Of a stretch of DNA of 64,000 bases, positions 1 through 18,330 are shown one piece after another; position 1 is the first letter of the stretch; the number at the start of each line of letters is the position of its first letter. The stretch lies in NCBI GenBank assembly GCA_964016885.1, contig OZ024763.1, positions 20,274,001-20,338,000 on the forward strand. The letters run 5' to 3'. Both the position numbers and the translations under genes were made by a program. Under the pieces are notes generated by a model, which was given only the letters and a program-made list of their open reading frames with translations, did not search any database and had not been told where the DNA came from. The stretch comes from Eledone cirrhosa (lineage: Eukaryota).

Positions 1-428
1 CATCGGTAACTACTGAGCTGCAGGTTTTATATCGGAATTATCCCAGTTTCCTGAGTTGCCTTCTCCTAGAAAAATGCCCTGACAAAGGCTAGGGGTCCTT
101 CACTCCCAGTGGTTTAACTGCACGATCGGGTGTCCAGCCCGACTATTTCTATGTCCCCGCGCATATACATACACATACACCCATGTATATACACATATAC
201 ATACATATGTACATGTGTATATACATATTTACACACTTTTGGAATGGCGTTGACTCTTATGAGTTCTTCTGCCCTTTGCCAGATTTTGTTTTTTGTCCTG
301 CAGGGTGTCCAAAATCACCCTCCTCACCAAGTAAACTTGGTGGGGTTGCCGGTTTAGTCGCCAACGAACCGACCATGCGACAGGCTGTACTGGGTTACAT
401 GTTACCAGTAGCACTCGAGAGTGACCCG
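1..428 (-). mobile_element. Dispersed repeat resembling an RTE-LINE 5' UTR (two pieces, 1-150 and 240-428)
   Basis: Reverse complement matches + strand copies at 15067, 43003 and 58389 (CTACTGGTAACATGTAACCCAGTACA...GGCGACTAAACCGGCAACCCC; CTAGGAGAAGG(A/C)AACTC motif typical of RTE 5' UTRs). Confidence 0.6.
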
Positions 429-575
<147 letters not shown>

Positions 576-790
576 ACACGTGTGTGTGTGTAATGAGTGT
601 TTCTATATGTGAATATGGGTGTATGTGCGGGTTGTGTGGGTTTGCATGTGTATGCATGACTGTGTGTATGCATGTATGTATATTATGTATATATATGTGT
701 GTGTGTGTACGCGTCAGTGAATGATAATTCAATTTCCTCTGCCTTTCACCAATTAGATCTTCCTGCTGATTCTGGTGAAAAGAAATATAT

Positions 791-1775
791 ACAACAACAA
801 CAACAACACAACAACACAACCGCCATCCTCACCACCACCACCATTACCACCACCAATGGCAACCATTACCGTGAACAACAACAATAACAGCCAACATTAA
901 CTCCACCACTATCACCACTACCATAACTACCACCACCACCACCATTAACTCCATCACCATCACACTGCCATAACTACCTCCAGCACCAATAGCCACCATT
1001 GTCACCACCCTCATCACCATCAACAATAACAGCCACCATTAACTCCACCACCCTCATCACCATCAACAATAACAGCCACCATTAACTCCACCACCCTCAT
1101 CACCATCAACAATAACAGCCACCATTAACTCCACCATCCTCATCACCATTAACTCCACCATCATCGCCATCCCCACTACCAAAACTACCAACAACAACAC
1201 CCCACCATTAACTCCATCACCACTACCACCGCCAAAAACCACCATCACCATTACCACCACCACCACCACCACACCACCACCAGTACACCACACCACCGCC
1301 AACAATCACCATCACCGCCAATAACCACCATCACCATTAACAACACCACACTATTACCACCTTCCACACCACCACCACACCACCACCGCCAACAACCACC
1401 GTCACCATTAACAACACCACCACACACCATTAACTCCACCACCACCACACACCATTAAATCCACCACCACCACCACCACACTACTACACCACCACCGCCA
1501 ACAACCACCACCACCACACACCATTAACACCACAACCACACACCATTAACTCCACCACCACCACACACCATTAAATCCACCACCACACCACTACACCACC
1601 ACCAACAACCACCACCACCACACACCATTAACTCCACCACGACCACACACCATTAACTCCACCACGGCCACACACCATTAACTCCACCACCACCACACAC
1701 CATTAACTCTACCACCACCACCACACCACCACCACACCATTAACACCACCACCACACACACCACCACCACCACTT
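791..1775. repeat. Degenerate (CCA/CAA)n minisatellite with recurring CACCATTAACTCCAC
   Basis: Directly visible tandem motif. Confidence 0.9.
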
Positions 1776-1931
1776 CCAACAGCAAGTAACAAGTGTATTT
1801 CTTTTTGATGTGAACTAAAAGAATTATTACCTGGTTCTAATCCAATCTTACATTTTCACGGAGATAAATACGGAGAGAAAATGTAAGGATATATATACGT
1901 GTGTTGTGTATAATATATATATATATATATG

Positions 1932-2000
<69 letters not shown>

Positions 2001-2131
2001 TATCTACACACTCACACACACATATGCAGATCTAAATACATACATATAGAGGTATATATACATATATAGATACATATATATATATATACACACACATGCA
2101 TAGATACATATGTATATATATATATATATAT

Positions 2132-2705
2132 AGAAAGATTTGAATGGATACAGTTTAGTTGAAAGGAATTTATTGACACGTGTTTCTATAACAGTTACAT
2201 AACCTAAAACAGCTATCTACAAACTTTTAGTTATGCAGACATTCAATATTTCAATGTTATTGTTTACTGTCATTTCATCAGAATAATATTACTGAGGACC
2301 TATTTAGTTTTTATAGAGAATATTAGGAGGAAGGGGTGAAGTTGTTAGAAGAATAGTTGAAGGAGTGGTTTTTCGATAGCAGTGAGAATTCTTGGTGGCA
2401 GTGATTAATTAGATTCCCATCTGTTGTTTTGACATTTTTTATAGAATATATTATTGGTTATTTTTCTAAATCTATAGAAGGATTAGAGATAGTAAAGATA
2501 TGCGTGGTTGGTTTTGTGTTTGCACTTAACATTCAGACTTAAATTTTTCTTTCAAGTGTACGTATTCTTTCACCCACGCATTCACACACAAATATATTTG
2601 CACACCTCTACAAAATACATATACTCACAATTCACATATTCATACTTACATATATATACACATGCATACACATATATATACACACATGTATTCATGTACA
2701 TACAT
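2132..2705 (-). mobile_element. PLE 3' end / pseudo-LTR fragment (Naiad-like)
   Basis: Near-identical copy at 59323-59905. Minus strand reads NLSLNVKCKHKTNH, like the Naiad C-terminal SKCRHKNK, followed by a hammerhead-like CTGATGA-AATG..CATT-GAAA (2241-2284). Confidence 0.6.
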
Positions 2706-2707
2706 AC

Positions 2708-2768
2708 ATAAGTAGCACTCTACAGTTTGTAGGACTTGAGTATAAATAATATAACCATCTTTTGATCT

Positions 2769-2824
<56 letters not shown>

Positions 2825-2885
2825 AGATCAAAAGATGGTTATATTATTTATACTCAAGTCCTACAAACTGTAGAGTGCTACTTAT
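2708..2885. repeat. Perfect palindrome (~65-bp unique arms) centred on (TA)n
   Basis: Arms are exact reverse complements; the ORF track gives the same peptide on both strands. Confidence 0.97.
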
Positions 2886-2928
2886 CCGATATTTGCATTG
2901 CTTTATTGTACTACAATAAAACTCACCT

Positions 2929-2983
<55 letters not shown>

Positions 2984-3087
2984 AAAGTTATATTTAAATT
3001 GTTGGGTTAACAACGAGTAAATATTTATAACTGAAATTTATAACGAAATAAATATGGTTTTATAAATATAGTTTCCATTTATTTAAT

Positions 3088-7960
<4,873 letters not shown>

Positions 7961-8210
7961 TTTTTTTTTTTTTTTTTTTTTTTTTTTTTCCCCTTCTCTT
8001 TTCTTTTTTCTTTTCCCTTCCTTTTTTATGTTTTGATGCCGCTGTTGTTGTTGTTGTTGTAATTGTTGTAAATGTTCATTTCAGTTCATTCTGAAGCTGT
8101 TGTTGCTGTAAACATTAGGGCCGGTGTTGTTGTTGTTGTAGATGTTGGGGTTGAAATCTGGTTGTTTGACTGAGTGATGTATATACACACATATACATAG
8201 AGATATACAT

Positions 8211-10096
8211 GAGAGACTCCTGCAACATCTTCACTCTCTGTTTGGAAGGATATGGGCTAATGAATCCGTGCCTGAGGACTGGAGAGATGCAGTAATGGTG
8301 GTCTTGTACAAGGGAAAGGGTAACAGGAATGATTGTGGGAACTACAGAGGTATATCATTGCTTTCTGTCGTGGGGAAAGTTTTATGTAGGGTGCTTCTGG
8401 ACCGTCTGCTGACACACATTGCAGATTGTGTCCTTCCTGAAAGTCAATCTGGTTTTCGTGTTGGACGCGGCACTACTGATATGATCTTCTCAGCTAGACA
8501 GCTCCAGGAGAAGTGCATTGAACAGGGCTTGGATCTGTATCAGGTTTTTGTCGATCTGACAAAGGCTTTCGATACTGTCAACAGAGATGCATTATGGAAG
8601 GTTCTCCAGAAACTTGGTTGCCCTGATAAGTTCCTTGCTTTAGTTAGGTCTTTCCATGACGACATGAAGGCTTGGGTTAATGTCGGAGGTAACATGTCGG
8701 AGCCTATCTCAGTAAAAAATGGAGTGAAACAGGGGGATATTCCAGCACCGACCCTGTTTGCCATATACTTTGCAATGGTTTTCTGTATTGCATTCAGGAA
8801 TTGCGAGCATGGTGTTTACATCCGATATCGAACCTCAGGCAGCATATTTAACATCAGGCGCTTTGCTGCGAAGACAAAAGTATTTACATCAGTCATAAGA
8901 GACCTCTTGTATGCAGATGATTGCGATCTTGTAGCGCACACAGAGAGTGATATGCAGCACATTTTGAATGTATTTTCTGACGCTTGCACTGCCCTGGGTT
9001 TGACTGTCAGTCTCAAGAAAACCGTCGTCATGTACCAACCTGCACCTGGTAGGCAGTACACTGAACCAAACATCTATGTGTATGGCAAACGACTTGGAGT
9101 GGTTGATCAGTTTGTCTACCTGGGAAGCACTGTCAATCGATACGGCAACCTTGACAGTGAAATCTCACTTAGGATTAGGAAAGCAAGTGATGCTTTCGGA
9201 AAGCTAGAAAGGCGACTCTGGGGTCGGCGAGACATATGCAGGAGGACAAAGGTAAGGGTGTACAGGGCATGTGTACTCTCTTGTCTTCTTTATGCCTGCG
9301 AGACCTGGGTCACATATCGACGCCACCTTAAGCAATTGGAGCGTTTCCATCAGATGTGTCTCAGACGGATACATGGCGTTCGCTGGAGGGACCACATCAG
9401 TGATGTCGAGATTTTGGAAAGCTCTATGTGTGACAGTATAGAAGCTCTTGTGCTTAAGCAGCGACTCCGTTGGAGTGGTCACCTTGCCAGGATGAAGGAT
9501 TCTAGAATACCAAAACAACTCTTCTATGGAGAGTTGGTTAAAGGAAAACGACCGCCACATAAACCAAAAAAGAGGTATAAGGATTCCTTGAAGGCCTCTC
9601 TGAAGGACGCTAACATCTCTGCTGATACATGGGAAGATATTGCTGCTGATCGTAATAAATGGAGAAAGACTGTATATGAGGGAAAAGTTGCCTTTGAGGC
9701 ATCTCGAATCGCACACGAGAAAGTAAAGCGAGACGTGAGGAAGGGTATTGCTGTTGCACTTCCAGACGGCGAGGGTCCTCCTATGTTTCTGACATGCAGC
9801 GTCTGTGCGAGACTCTGCCTAAGCAAAGCTGGACTCGAAAGTCATCTTCGCAGTCATAAAGTAAGACCAGTGGTTGACTACCAGGCTGCTGTTGGGCTAC
9901 TCATCATGCTTGCCAAACATGTGGTAGAGAATGTAAATCAGCAGGAGGACTCAAGCGACATGCAAAAGTACACGAACTCCAACCACAGCCGACTATTCCC
10001 AGTAAATGTTTTGGTTGCCGACTCTGTGCAAGACATTTTGGATCATTGGCTGGGCTAAAAAGCCACATTCGATCGCAGCACTGTTAGTTGCTATCG
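8211..10096 (+). mobile_element. 5'-truncated RTE (BovB-like) LINE: RT plus C-terminal C2H2 zinc fingers
   Basis: In-frame from 8211: NYRGISLLS, QSGFR, FVDLTKAFD, GVKQG, LLYADD, FVYLGS, RLRWSGH, CSVCARLCLSKAGLESHLRSH. No APE domain present (truncated). Confidence 0.96.
8268..10058 (+). CDS. RTE reverse transcriptase ORF (partial; true C-terminus continues in the -1 frame to 10087)
   Basis: 596-aa open frame with all non-LTR RT motifs; frameshift near 9878-9910. Confidence 0.85.
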   Translation: MPEDWRDAVMVVLYKGKGNRNDCGNYRGISLLSVVGKVLCRVLLDRLLTHIADCVLPESQSGFRVGRGTTDMIFSARQLQEKCIEQGLDLYQVFVDLTKAFDTVNRDALWKVLQKLGCPDKFLALVRSFHDDMKAWVNVGGNMSEPISVKNGVKQGDIPAPTLFAIYFAMVFCIAFRNCEHGVYIRYRTSGSIFNIRRFAAKTKVFTSVIRDLLYADDCDLVAHTESDMQHILNVFSDACTALGLTVSLKKTVVMYQPAPGRQYTEPNIYVYGKRLGVVDQFVYLGSTVNRYGNLDSEISLRIRKASDAFGKLERRLWGRRDICRRTKVRVYRACVLSCLLYACETWVTYRRHLKQLERFHQMCLRRIHGVRWRDHISDVEILESSMCDSIEALVLKQRLRWSGHLARMKDSRIPKQLFYGELVKGKRPPHKPKKRYKDSLKASLKDANISADTWEDIAADRNKWRKTVYEGKVAFEASRIAHEKVKRDVRKGIAVALPDGEGPPMFLTCSVCARLCLSKAGLESHLRSHKVRPVVDYQAAVGLLIMLAKHVVENVNQQEDSSDMQKYTNSNHSRLFPVNVLVADSVQDILDHWLG

Positions 10097-10171
10097 TGTG
10101 TTTGTGTGTGTGTGTGTGTGTGTAGATATGCTTATGTGCGTGCGTGTGTGTGTATATATATATGAATATGT

Positions 10172-10208
10172 ATATTATTATTGTTGTTGTCGTTATTATT
10201 ATTATTGC

Positions 10209-10268
<60 letters not shown>
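10172..10268. repeat. (TTA)n microsatellite
   Basis: Visible trinucleotide run. Confidence 0.95.
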
Positions 10269-10269
<1 letters not shown>

Positions 10270-11021
10270 TTTTTTTTTATTTTTTTTTTTTTTTTTTATT
10301 GTGCAATGGCCATACTCGATAACGAGGGGGCAGCCATCATATATGTATGTATATATATGTATATATGTATGTATATATATATGTATGTATATATATGTAT
10401 ATATGTATGTATATATATATATATACATATATATATATACATACATACATATATATATATACATACATATATATATATAGAGATACATATATATATACAT
10501 ACATACATATGGCCGCTGTGTTATTATCAAACCACTTTCCACTGATTGACCTCGATGTCACGTTATTGATTCTTTTTGAATTTGCTACCGACGCAGAGGC
10601 AGTGATTTTCTGAATGGCTAGGAATTCAGTCCACGCTTTGCTATTTTCTATCCACTGAATTATTTTTTAATAAGTTTCCAGAGTCCACGCTTTGCCTGGA
10701 TACTTAGATGAGAATAGTCTTCCCTGACGACGGAATGATTCTAAATGTTTTCTTCGGAAAATATATTTATTCCATTCCAGAAACTAATTAGTTGGAGGTG
10801 ATATTTTATTAAGTAAGTTAATTTTATAATTTTCTTATTTTACGTCTCTCATATATATATATGTATGTTTATATATATATATATATGTATGTATATATAT
10901 ATATGTATGTATGTATATATATATATATGTATGTATATATATATATATGTATGTATATATATATATATATATATGTATATGTATGTATATATATATGTAT
11001 GTATATATATATATATATTTG

Positions 11022-11055
<34 letters not shown>

Positions 11056-11056
11056 G

Positions 11057-11270
11057 GATCGATCGACTTTCGTCAAATCGGACCGAGGAAACAATGTTTC
11101 CGTTGGTCTTTCCAGTTGCTAGTACTATCTATCGGTCGCAACTCCAGGTAGAAGGAGCAACGTGAAATAAAGTGTCTTGCTCAAGGACATAACGCATCGC
11201 CCGGTCCAGGAATCGAACTCACAACCTCAAGATTGTGAATCCAATTCTCTAACCATTCAGCTACACGCCT
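11057..11270 (-). mobile_element. tRNA-derived CORE-type SINE with short structured tail (family A)
   Basis: Minus strand has A box TAGCTGAATGG, B box GAGTTCGATTCC and CORE-like CCTTGAGCAAGACACTT; four more copies in the window. Confidence 0.85.
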
Positions 11271-11469
11271 ATATATGGCAAGAAAGTACGAAAACCTTTC
11301 ATTCCCTATTATATTCGCTTGAAAACTGCAAAGTGCTTAAATAATAACAACAACAACAATGGTAGTATAAGAGGAACTGTAGATCTTTATGTAATACCTT
11401 TTCGTAACTGCCTGAAGAAAATACTTTACTAAGAATAGACAAGAAAGCAAGCATGCATGATGCATACTT

Positions 11470-11552
<83 letters not shown>

Positions 11553-11760
11553 CGTGTGTGCGACTTATACGGAGTTCTTTATCAGATAATGTATCAATCG
11601 GAATTAGCATTGTCCCATATATCTTAAACATTTAATATGACGATATATAATATATATATATATATATAGGTGTTTATGCTGCTGGTTGTGTGTGTGTATT
11701 ACTTTGCACGCTCGTTTCCTTCATTTTTGGAAGCTCATGTGTATACTAACATACACACAT

Positions 11761-11808
<48 letters not shown>

Positions 11809-11954
11809 AGACTCTACTGTGTTTTCAGTTCTTTATTTAGATATTCAATTCATTTTCAAGCTCGAACAATCGTGTACGTCTTTCGTAGCTTGGCTGACAC
11901 ACACACACACTCTTACAGACTCACACACACACTCCCACATCCACATTCTCACAA

Positions 11955-12210
11955 ACATCCATACGCACTCTCACACATCCATACGCACACTCACGCATCT
12001 ATACGCACACTCACGCATCTATACGCACACTCACGCATCCATACGCACTCTCACGCACCCATACGCACTCTCACGCACCCATACGCACACTCACGCATCC
12101 ATACACACTCTCACGCATCCATACCAACTTTCACGCATCCATACGCACACTCACGCATCCATACACACTCTCACGCATCCATACACACTCTCACGCATCC
12201 ATACACACTC
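11955..12210. repeat. 20-bp minisatellite ATACGCACACTCACGCATCC
   Basis: About 12 tandem units. Confidence 0.92.
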
Positions 12211-12637
12211 CCCCCCCCCTAGTCCCTCTTGGCCGTTACTATCAGTTAGACCAGCAGTAAAATATGTTTGACTAACCAGTCGACCACTCATACATACCCC
12301 CCCCCCCCCCCCCCCAACACACACACATCCACACACACACACACACTCACACACGCACACATCCATACACACACACATACACTCACACATCCACACACTC
12401 CCCACCCAGAACTTACCATGAGCTCCCAGTTGGCTGTTACTATCAGTAAAATATGGTTGACTAATCAGTTGACCACACATTCAAAATGGCTGACTGAAGA
12501 TCCACAAATGTTTTACCTTTGATAAAACTAATACTTTCAGTCTGTTTGATTTTCACTGATTGAAATATACGCTTATATGTGCATATGTATATGGATTTGT
12601 GTGTGTATATCCGTGTATATATATATATATATATATG

Positions 12638-12676
<39 letters not shown>

Positions 12677-12769
12677 ATATATATATATACATATGTGTGT
12701 GTATATATATACATACATATGTGTGTGTATATATATACATACATATGTGTGTGTATATATGTATATGTG

Positions 12770-12802
<33 letters not shown>

Positions 12803-13074
12803 TAATTCAAAATATTAACAAAATAGATATTCTTGTATATATTTGTTAATATTTTGTTAATATTTTGAATTAATATTAATAACTTTGGAAAACCATAACT
12901 GTTGAGTGCTTCCAATCTATTGTAAAACTCATTCTTTGATTTATTCATTGAACCTTGTTTAACTTTTAAATATATATATATATATATAGTAATAATAATA
13001 AATTTGAAGACTAAAATCCAAAGAGGGCTCGATAAGGATAAATATATATCAAATATATAAGAACCGTAGAGCAA

Positions 13075-13211
13075 ATATTTATTAAAATAACAGATTAAAG
13101 TTTAAGCAAAGAATCGCTGCTTTCACCCTTAACGGGATCTTCTGAGTCTCAGAAGATCCTGTTAAGGGTGAAAGCAGCGATTTTTTGCTTAAACTTTAAT
13201 CTGTTATTATA

Positions 13212-13219
<8 letters not shown>
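13075..13219. repeat. Near-perfect palindrome of a short dispersed repeat with a hammerhead-like core
   Basis: Centre CTGAG-T-CTCAG at 13147; the arm recurs at 14599, 20393, 23146 and 25848. Confidence 0.92.
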
Positions 13220-13290
<71 letters not shown>

Positions 13291-13374
13291 CATGTATGTG
13301 TGTACATATGTGAATACATGTGTATGTATATATATATATATGTGTGTGTGTATATGTGTACATATATGTATGTG

Positions 13375-13417
<43 letters not shown>

Positions 13418-13459
13418 CCCGGATAGTCTTTATCCGGGAGCTTCCAACCGACATGGTCG

Positions 13460-13699
13460 CATTCTTTAAGGGTAAGTCAATATTTGTTTATAAAACTGAT
13501 CTATATTATATTTTATCTGATGAAAGCGCACCATAATTGGCTTTGGTGTCCTTGAAATATGTATAATGAAATAAATATGGTTTTATAAATATAGTTTCTA
13601 TTTGTTAATATATTGTATTTTTACTCCAAAAATTTGTTGAGTGCTTTATATCAGTTATAAAAATATTTGCTTGTATCCCAACAAATTAAATATAACTTC

Positions 13700-13700
<1 letters not shown>
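13460..13700 (+). mobile_element. Short hammerhead-bearing PLE-end repeat (family B)
   Basis: CTGATGA-stem-GAAATATGTA at 13517-13563. Inverted homologues at 18077-18330 and 28213-28380; partial copy at 2981-3090. Confidence 0.65.
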
Positions 13701-13746
<46 letters not shown>

Positions 13747-13926
13747 GAAAAGTCAATGAGGAAAAATAACACTGAAGAACAATGCATGATGATAGATATT
13801 TGTTTTAAGATTAGTATTAACTCCTTCCTGTTATACCAAGCTTTCAACTAATATATATATATATATATATATATATACTCATTTATCCTCTTGTTTTTCC
13901 TTGTTGACTTTTCGCTTATATATATA

Positions 13927-14059
<133 letters not shown>

Positions 14060-14406
14060 TGATTTTGTGTTAACCATTCAGTTATTAGTTTTACTATTGC
14101 GGTTATAGATCAATAAATCCATGGTTTAACAGAATGAGCACTCGACGGAGTACAGCTTCCCCGTTATACTATCTTCACGTAGATTTGTGAACGACATAGT
14201 GTTGGTATTGTAATGAAGTAGAAAGGAGTGTGTTAGAACTTCATGTTCTATTTAATACGTAATCTCCGAATACCATCTCTTCTGACAGTTCTCACATACA
14301 TAGTGTCTGAAGCGATCCTTTCTGAGGATTATGTAACTGATACCAAAGAAATACGTATTGCAGTAACTACGTAATAAATAGACTGTGGTGAAATTCTAAT
14401 TCATTA

Positions 14407-14466
<60 letters not shown>

Positions 14467-14676
14467 ATAATAATAAATTTGAAGACTAAAATCCAAAGAG
14501 GGCTCGATAAGGATAAATATATATCAAATATATAAGAACCGTAGAGCAAATATTTATTAAAATAACAGATTAAAGTTTAAGAGATTGACTTTGTTAGTTT
14601 CAGAAGATCCCGTTAAGGGTGAAAGCAGCGATTCTTTGTTTAAACTTTAATCTGTTATTTTAATAAATATATATAA

Positions 14677-14709
<33 letters not shown>

Positions 14710-14837
14710 TGTTTATCCCGGGTTCAATCGGGGGTAACCACAGTAAGTAAAGTACTCAATACATAGCAGAGTATAAATATTTAATATAGAAATGGCTTCT
14801 ACCGAACTAGAACTGTTTCATTCGGGAGAAATCATCA

Positions 14838-14897
<60 letters not shown>

Positions 14898-14927
14898 AAC
14901 AACATTGTGCAATTATTCCATTTACCA

Positions 14928-15039
14928 GTGGTTTCTTAAAAGCAAAAGGTTTTGTTTTTGTATCCTCAGAATGAAAAAATCCTGGTTTGTTTATCATTCT
15001 GAGGATTGAAAGCAAAACCTTTTGCTTTTAAGAAACCAC
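14928..15039. repeat. Imperfect palindrome
   Basis: GTGGTTTCTTAAAAGCAAAAGGTTTTG...CAAAACCTTTTGCTTTTAAGAAACCAC. Confidence 0.9.
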
Positions 15040-15066
15040 GGGTATATATATATATATATATATAAT

Positions 15067-15530
15067 GTCAGGTCGCTCTTCAACGCTACTGGCAACATGT
15101 AACCCAGTACAACCTGTGCATAGTCGGGTCGTCGGCGACTAAACTGGCAACTCCACCAAGCTTGCTTGGTGAGGGGGGGGGGGGATTTGGCCACCCTGCA
15201 GGATGAAAAACAAAACCTGTCAAAGAACGGAGGAACTCAGGGGAGTCCACGGCCATCCAATAAAGTTCTTTTTTGTTTGTTTGTGGAGCGAGAGACACCT
15301 AGTCTTCATTTAGAGATCTCTAGGAGAAGTCACTCAGATATAAAACTTGCGACTTCATTTGCATCCAATGATGTAGACCAGTTCTTCTTTGGGGGCGAAA
15401 GCCTTTCCTCACTTAAAAAAGATTCAAGCGCAGGCATCGCTTGATGTGACTTATTTTGCGATACATGGTATTGCTGGCTACAGGCAAGTTCCTAGCAGGA
15501 CTAAAATGCCACGTCTGTGATGTTCATTCT
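15067..15530 (+). mobile_element. RTE 5'-UTR-like dispersed repeat
   Basis: Homologous to 240-428(-), 43003-43495 and 58389-58810. Confidence 0.65.
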
Positions 15531-15582
15531 TAAGTATCAAGCTATGGCATTACTCAATATTGAGTTGCAACCATCATAATGA

Positions 15583-15635
<53 letters not shown>

Positions 15636-17607
15636 AATAATGGAGCTGCGGCGCTGCAAATAGGTTACATATGAAAAAGTTTGTCCTCATCAGTGGCCTT
15701 CCAACCGTCGTAGGCATTTCGTCGCATTAAAGGCCATATACCTCAGGTTGGTGCGAGCAACGGCTAAAAAAAGTCGTTGGGACACGTAAATAAAGGGGAC
15801 GCTAGGGTAAACAAACAAAATGGTTTAAGCAACAGAAAGTGATGAAGAAGAAAGAAACAAGTCCCAGATTTCTATGAATATAAATTCGGTGGAATCGTGA
15901 ACGAGAGAATAAAGACCATCAAACCTGGTTGAAATGTGAGCAAGGAAGGAATTTCGCACAGGTCTAACGGGAGGAAGAAGGGGTCTGGTCTGCGAATTCG
16001 GTAAACATAAGTTCTGTGAAGTCGCAGACGATAATGCATATATACGTATGTAGTTGACAGGCGAGAGAAAAGAGTACTCAATACCGAAATAGAGTTTAAA
16101 ACGGCTAAGTGGTGAGTCTTGTTACTCTGGAGTTCCACCTGCACACTCGTAGGATCATCTCGCACACACACGCACACACTCTCTCTCTCTGTTTCTCTCT
16201 CTCTGTTTCTCTCTCTCTGTTTCTCTCTCTCTGTTTCTCTCTCTCTGTTTCTCTCTCTCTGTTTCTCTCTCTTACTCTCTCTCTCTCTCTCTATGATGGC
16301 CCATATAAATATATATTTGTAGCATATTAAAATACACATGATATATATAAATACAAACACATACACACACACACAAACACACATATATATGTGTGTGTGT
16401 GTTGTAGTTTGCTTGAAGGATTGTTGAATATATATATATATACACACACATAGATACATAGGCGTGTATTAGACAAGCCACTTGAAATATATTCATCTTT
16501 AAAGGTTATCTGTTGCCCCAACAGTTTTAAAACACTTGAGATGTATGACTCCTATTATATATATATAGTATATAATATATAGTATATATAGATATTTCTT
16601 TAGAAGAAAACTATCTTCTATCAATGGCCTTTTTTATTTCATTTCATTATCTTTTACTTTATTATTTATTTTATTGTTTATTATTTATTTATTTATTTGT
16701 TTATTTATTTATTTATTTATTTATTTATTTGTTTGTTTACTTCTGCCCGCTGTTGCCTTGTATTTATCTCAAAGGAAGGTTTCATTTCCATATCTGAAAA
16801 CAAAGAACGTCACATTGCAACAGTCGTCTGACCTTTGACACGACGTCTGATTTGAATCACTGAGTTATCACCCCTTATCACGACCACCTCTCACTCGCTC
16901 ACTCACTCACACACTTAGAAACACACATAAACATACTCACAAACTTATTCACGCTCACTCATACACATACACTCTCACACACACCCACACACCCTCTCTC
17001 TTTCTATTTCTCTTTTTTTATTTCTCTCTTTTTCTTTCTCTCTCTCTCACACTCTCTCACACACACACACACACACACACATATGTGAAATGTGGGATGA
17101 ACCTCTGATAGTTTCTTTCGATAATGTGTTTTTCAGTTGTTTCGATCGCTAGTGACTGAGCATTCAATGAAAACACGTATAATCTTAACGTAATTCTCAG
17201 GGAGATTCAGCATAGTATCCAGTATAATAAGTCCATGTTTCTATATATATATAGAGAGAGAGATGTGTAAATACAGTTGTTACATGCTATATATCTAGAA
17301 TGTCTTAGATATATTCAGTCCCATTAATAGATCCTACTCACAATTTCCTAATTAGCAGTGCTCCTCGTGGTAGTAAGTAATGATATATGTGTGTCATTCT
17401 CTGTCTCTATTTTTGTACAACCGAAGAAGGGCCGACGCGTCAAACTTTCTTCCCCCTTTTCCATATAAAGCGTGAAACTAATAAGAATTGTTGTACCTTT
17501 GTTTGTCGTTTCCTTAAACTATATCTATACACACACACACACATATATATATATATTTATATTTATGTGTATATATATATTTATCTATATATACATATAT
17601 ATATATT

Positions 17608-17647
<40 letters not shown>

Positions 17648-17746
17648 CATGTATATATACACATATATATACATACATGTATATATACACATATATTCAT
17701 ATATATATCTATATATATGGATATTTATGTGTATATATATATATAC

Positions 17747-17806
<60 letters not shown>

Positions 17807-17812
<6 letters not shown>

Positions 17813-18020
17813 GAAAGGTACAGAAAACATTGTAGCGAAAAGCTAACAGTATTCCATTATATAAGTGACTATAGCGTCAAAATGGGAAAAATAGTTAACG
17901 TAAGATGTGGGAAAAATAATTCAAACTCATCTCAAAGAGAATCAGGATATAGATTCATCCACAGAATTTAGTGAAATCCAGGGAAAAATCAATAGAGCCT
18001 TAACTCATGATAAAATAAAG
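17807..18020 (+). repeat. Unclassified dispersed repeat
   Basis: Reverse-complement copy at ~32423-32661; both abut (TA)n. Confidence 0.8.
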
Positions 18021-18076
18021 TTTAAAATACTCATCCTTCAATTTGGAAATATATATATATATATATATATATATGC

Positions 18077-18330
18077 AAAAGTTCTATTTAAATTGTTGGG
18101 ATACAACAAGCAAATATTTTTATAACTGATATAAAGCACTCGACAAATATTTGGAGTAGATATACGATATTAATAAATGGAAACTATATTTATAAAACCA
18201 TATTTATTTCATTATATATATTTCAAGGATAACAAGTTAAATTATGGTATGCCTTCATCAGACAAAATACAATATATAACAATTTTATAAATAGACATTG
18301 ACGTACCCTTTTAAAAAGTGACCGTTGCTT
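18077..18330 (-). mobile_element. Family B hammerhead-bearing repeat
   Basis: Reverse complement of 13460-13700; CTGATGA..GAAATATATA on the minus strand at 18211-18261. Confidence 0.65.

Noticed and set aside
11190-11270. tRNA genes (also at 51886 and 63020)
   Set aside because: These are SINE heads followed by CORE sequence; no complete cloverleaf evident
14080-16160. Unique stretches as host exons (also 10510-10845)
   Set aside because: No convincing open frame, splice-site pair or recognisable protein motif
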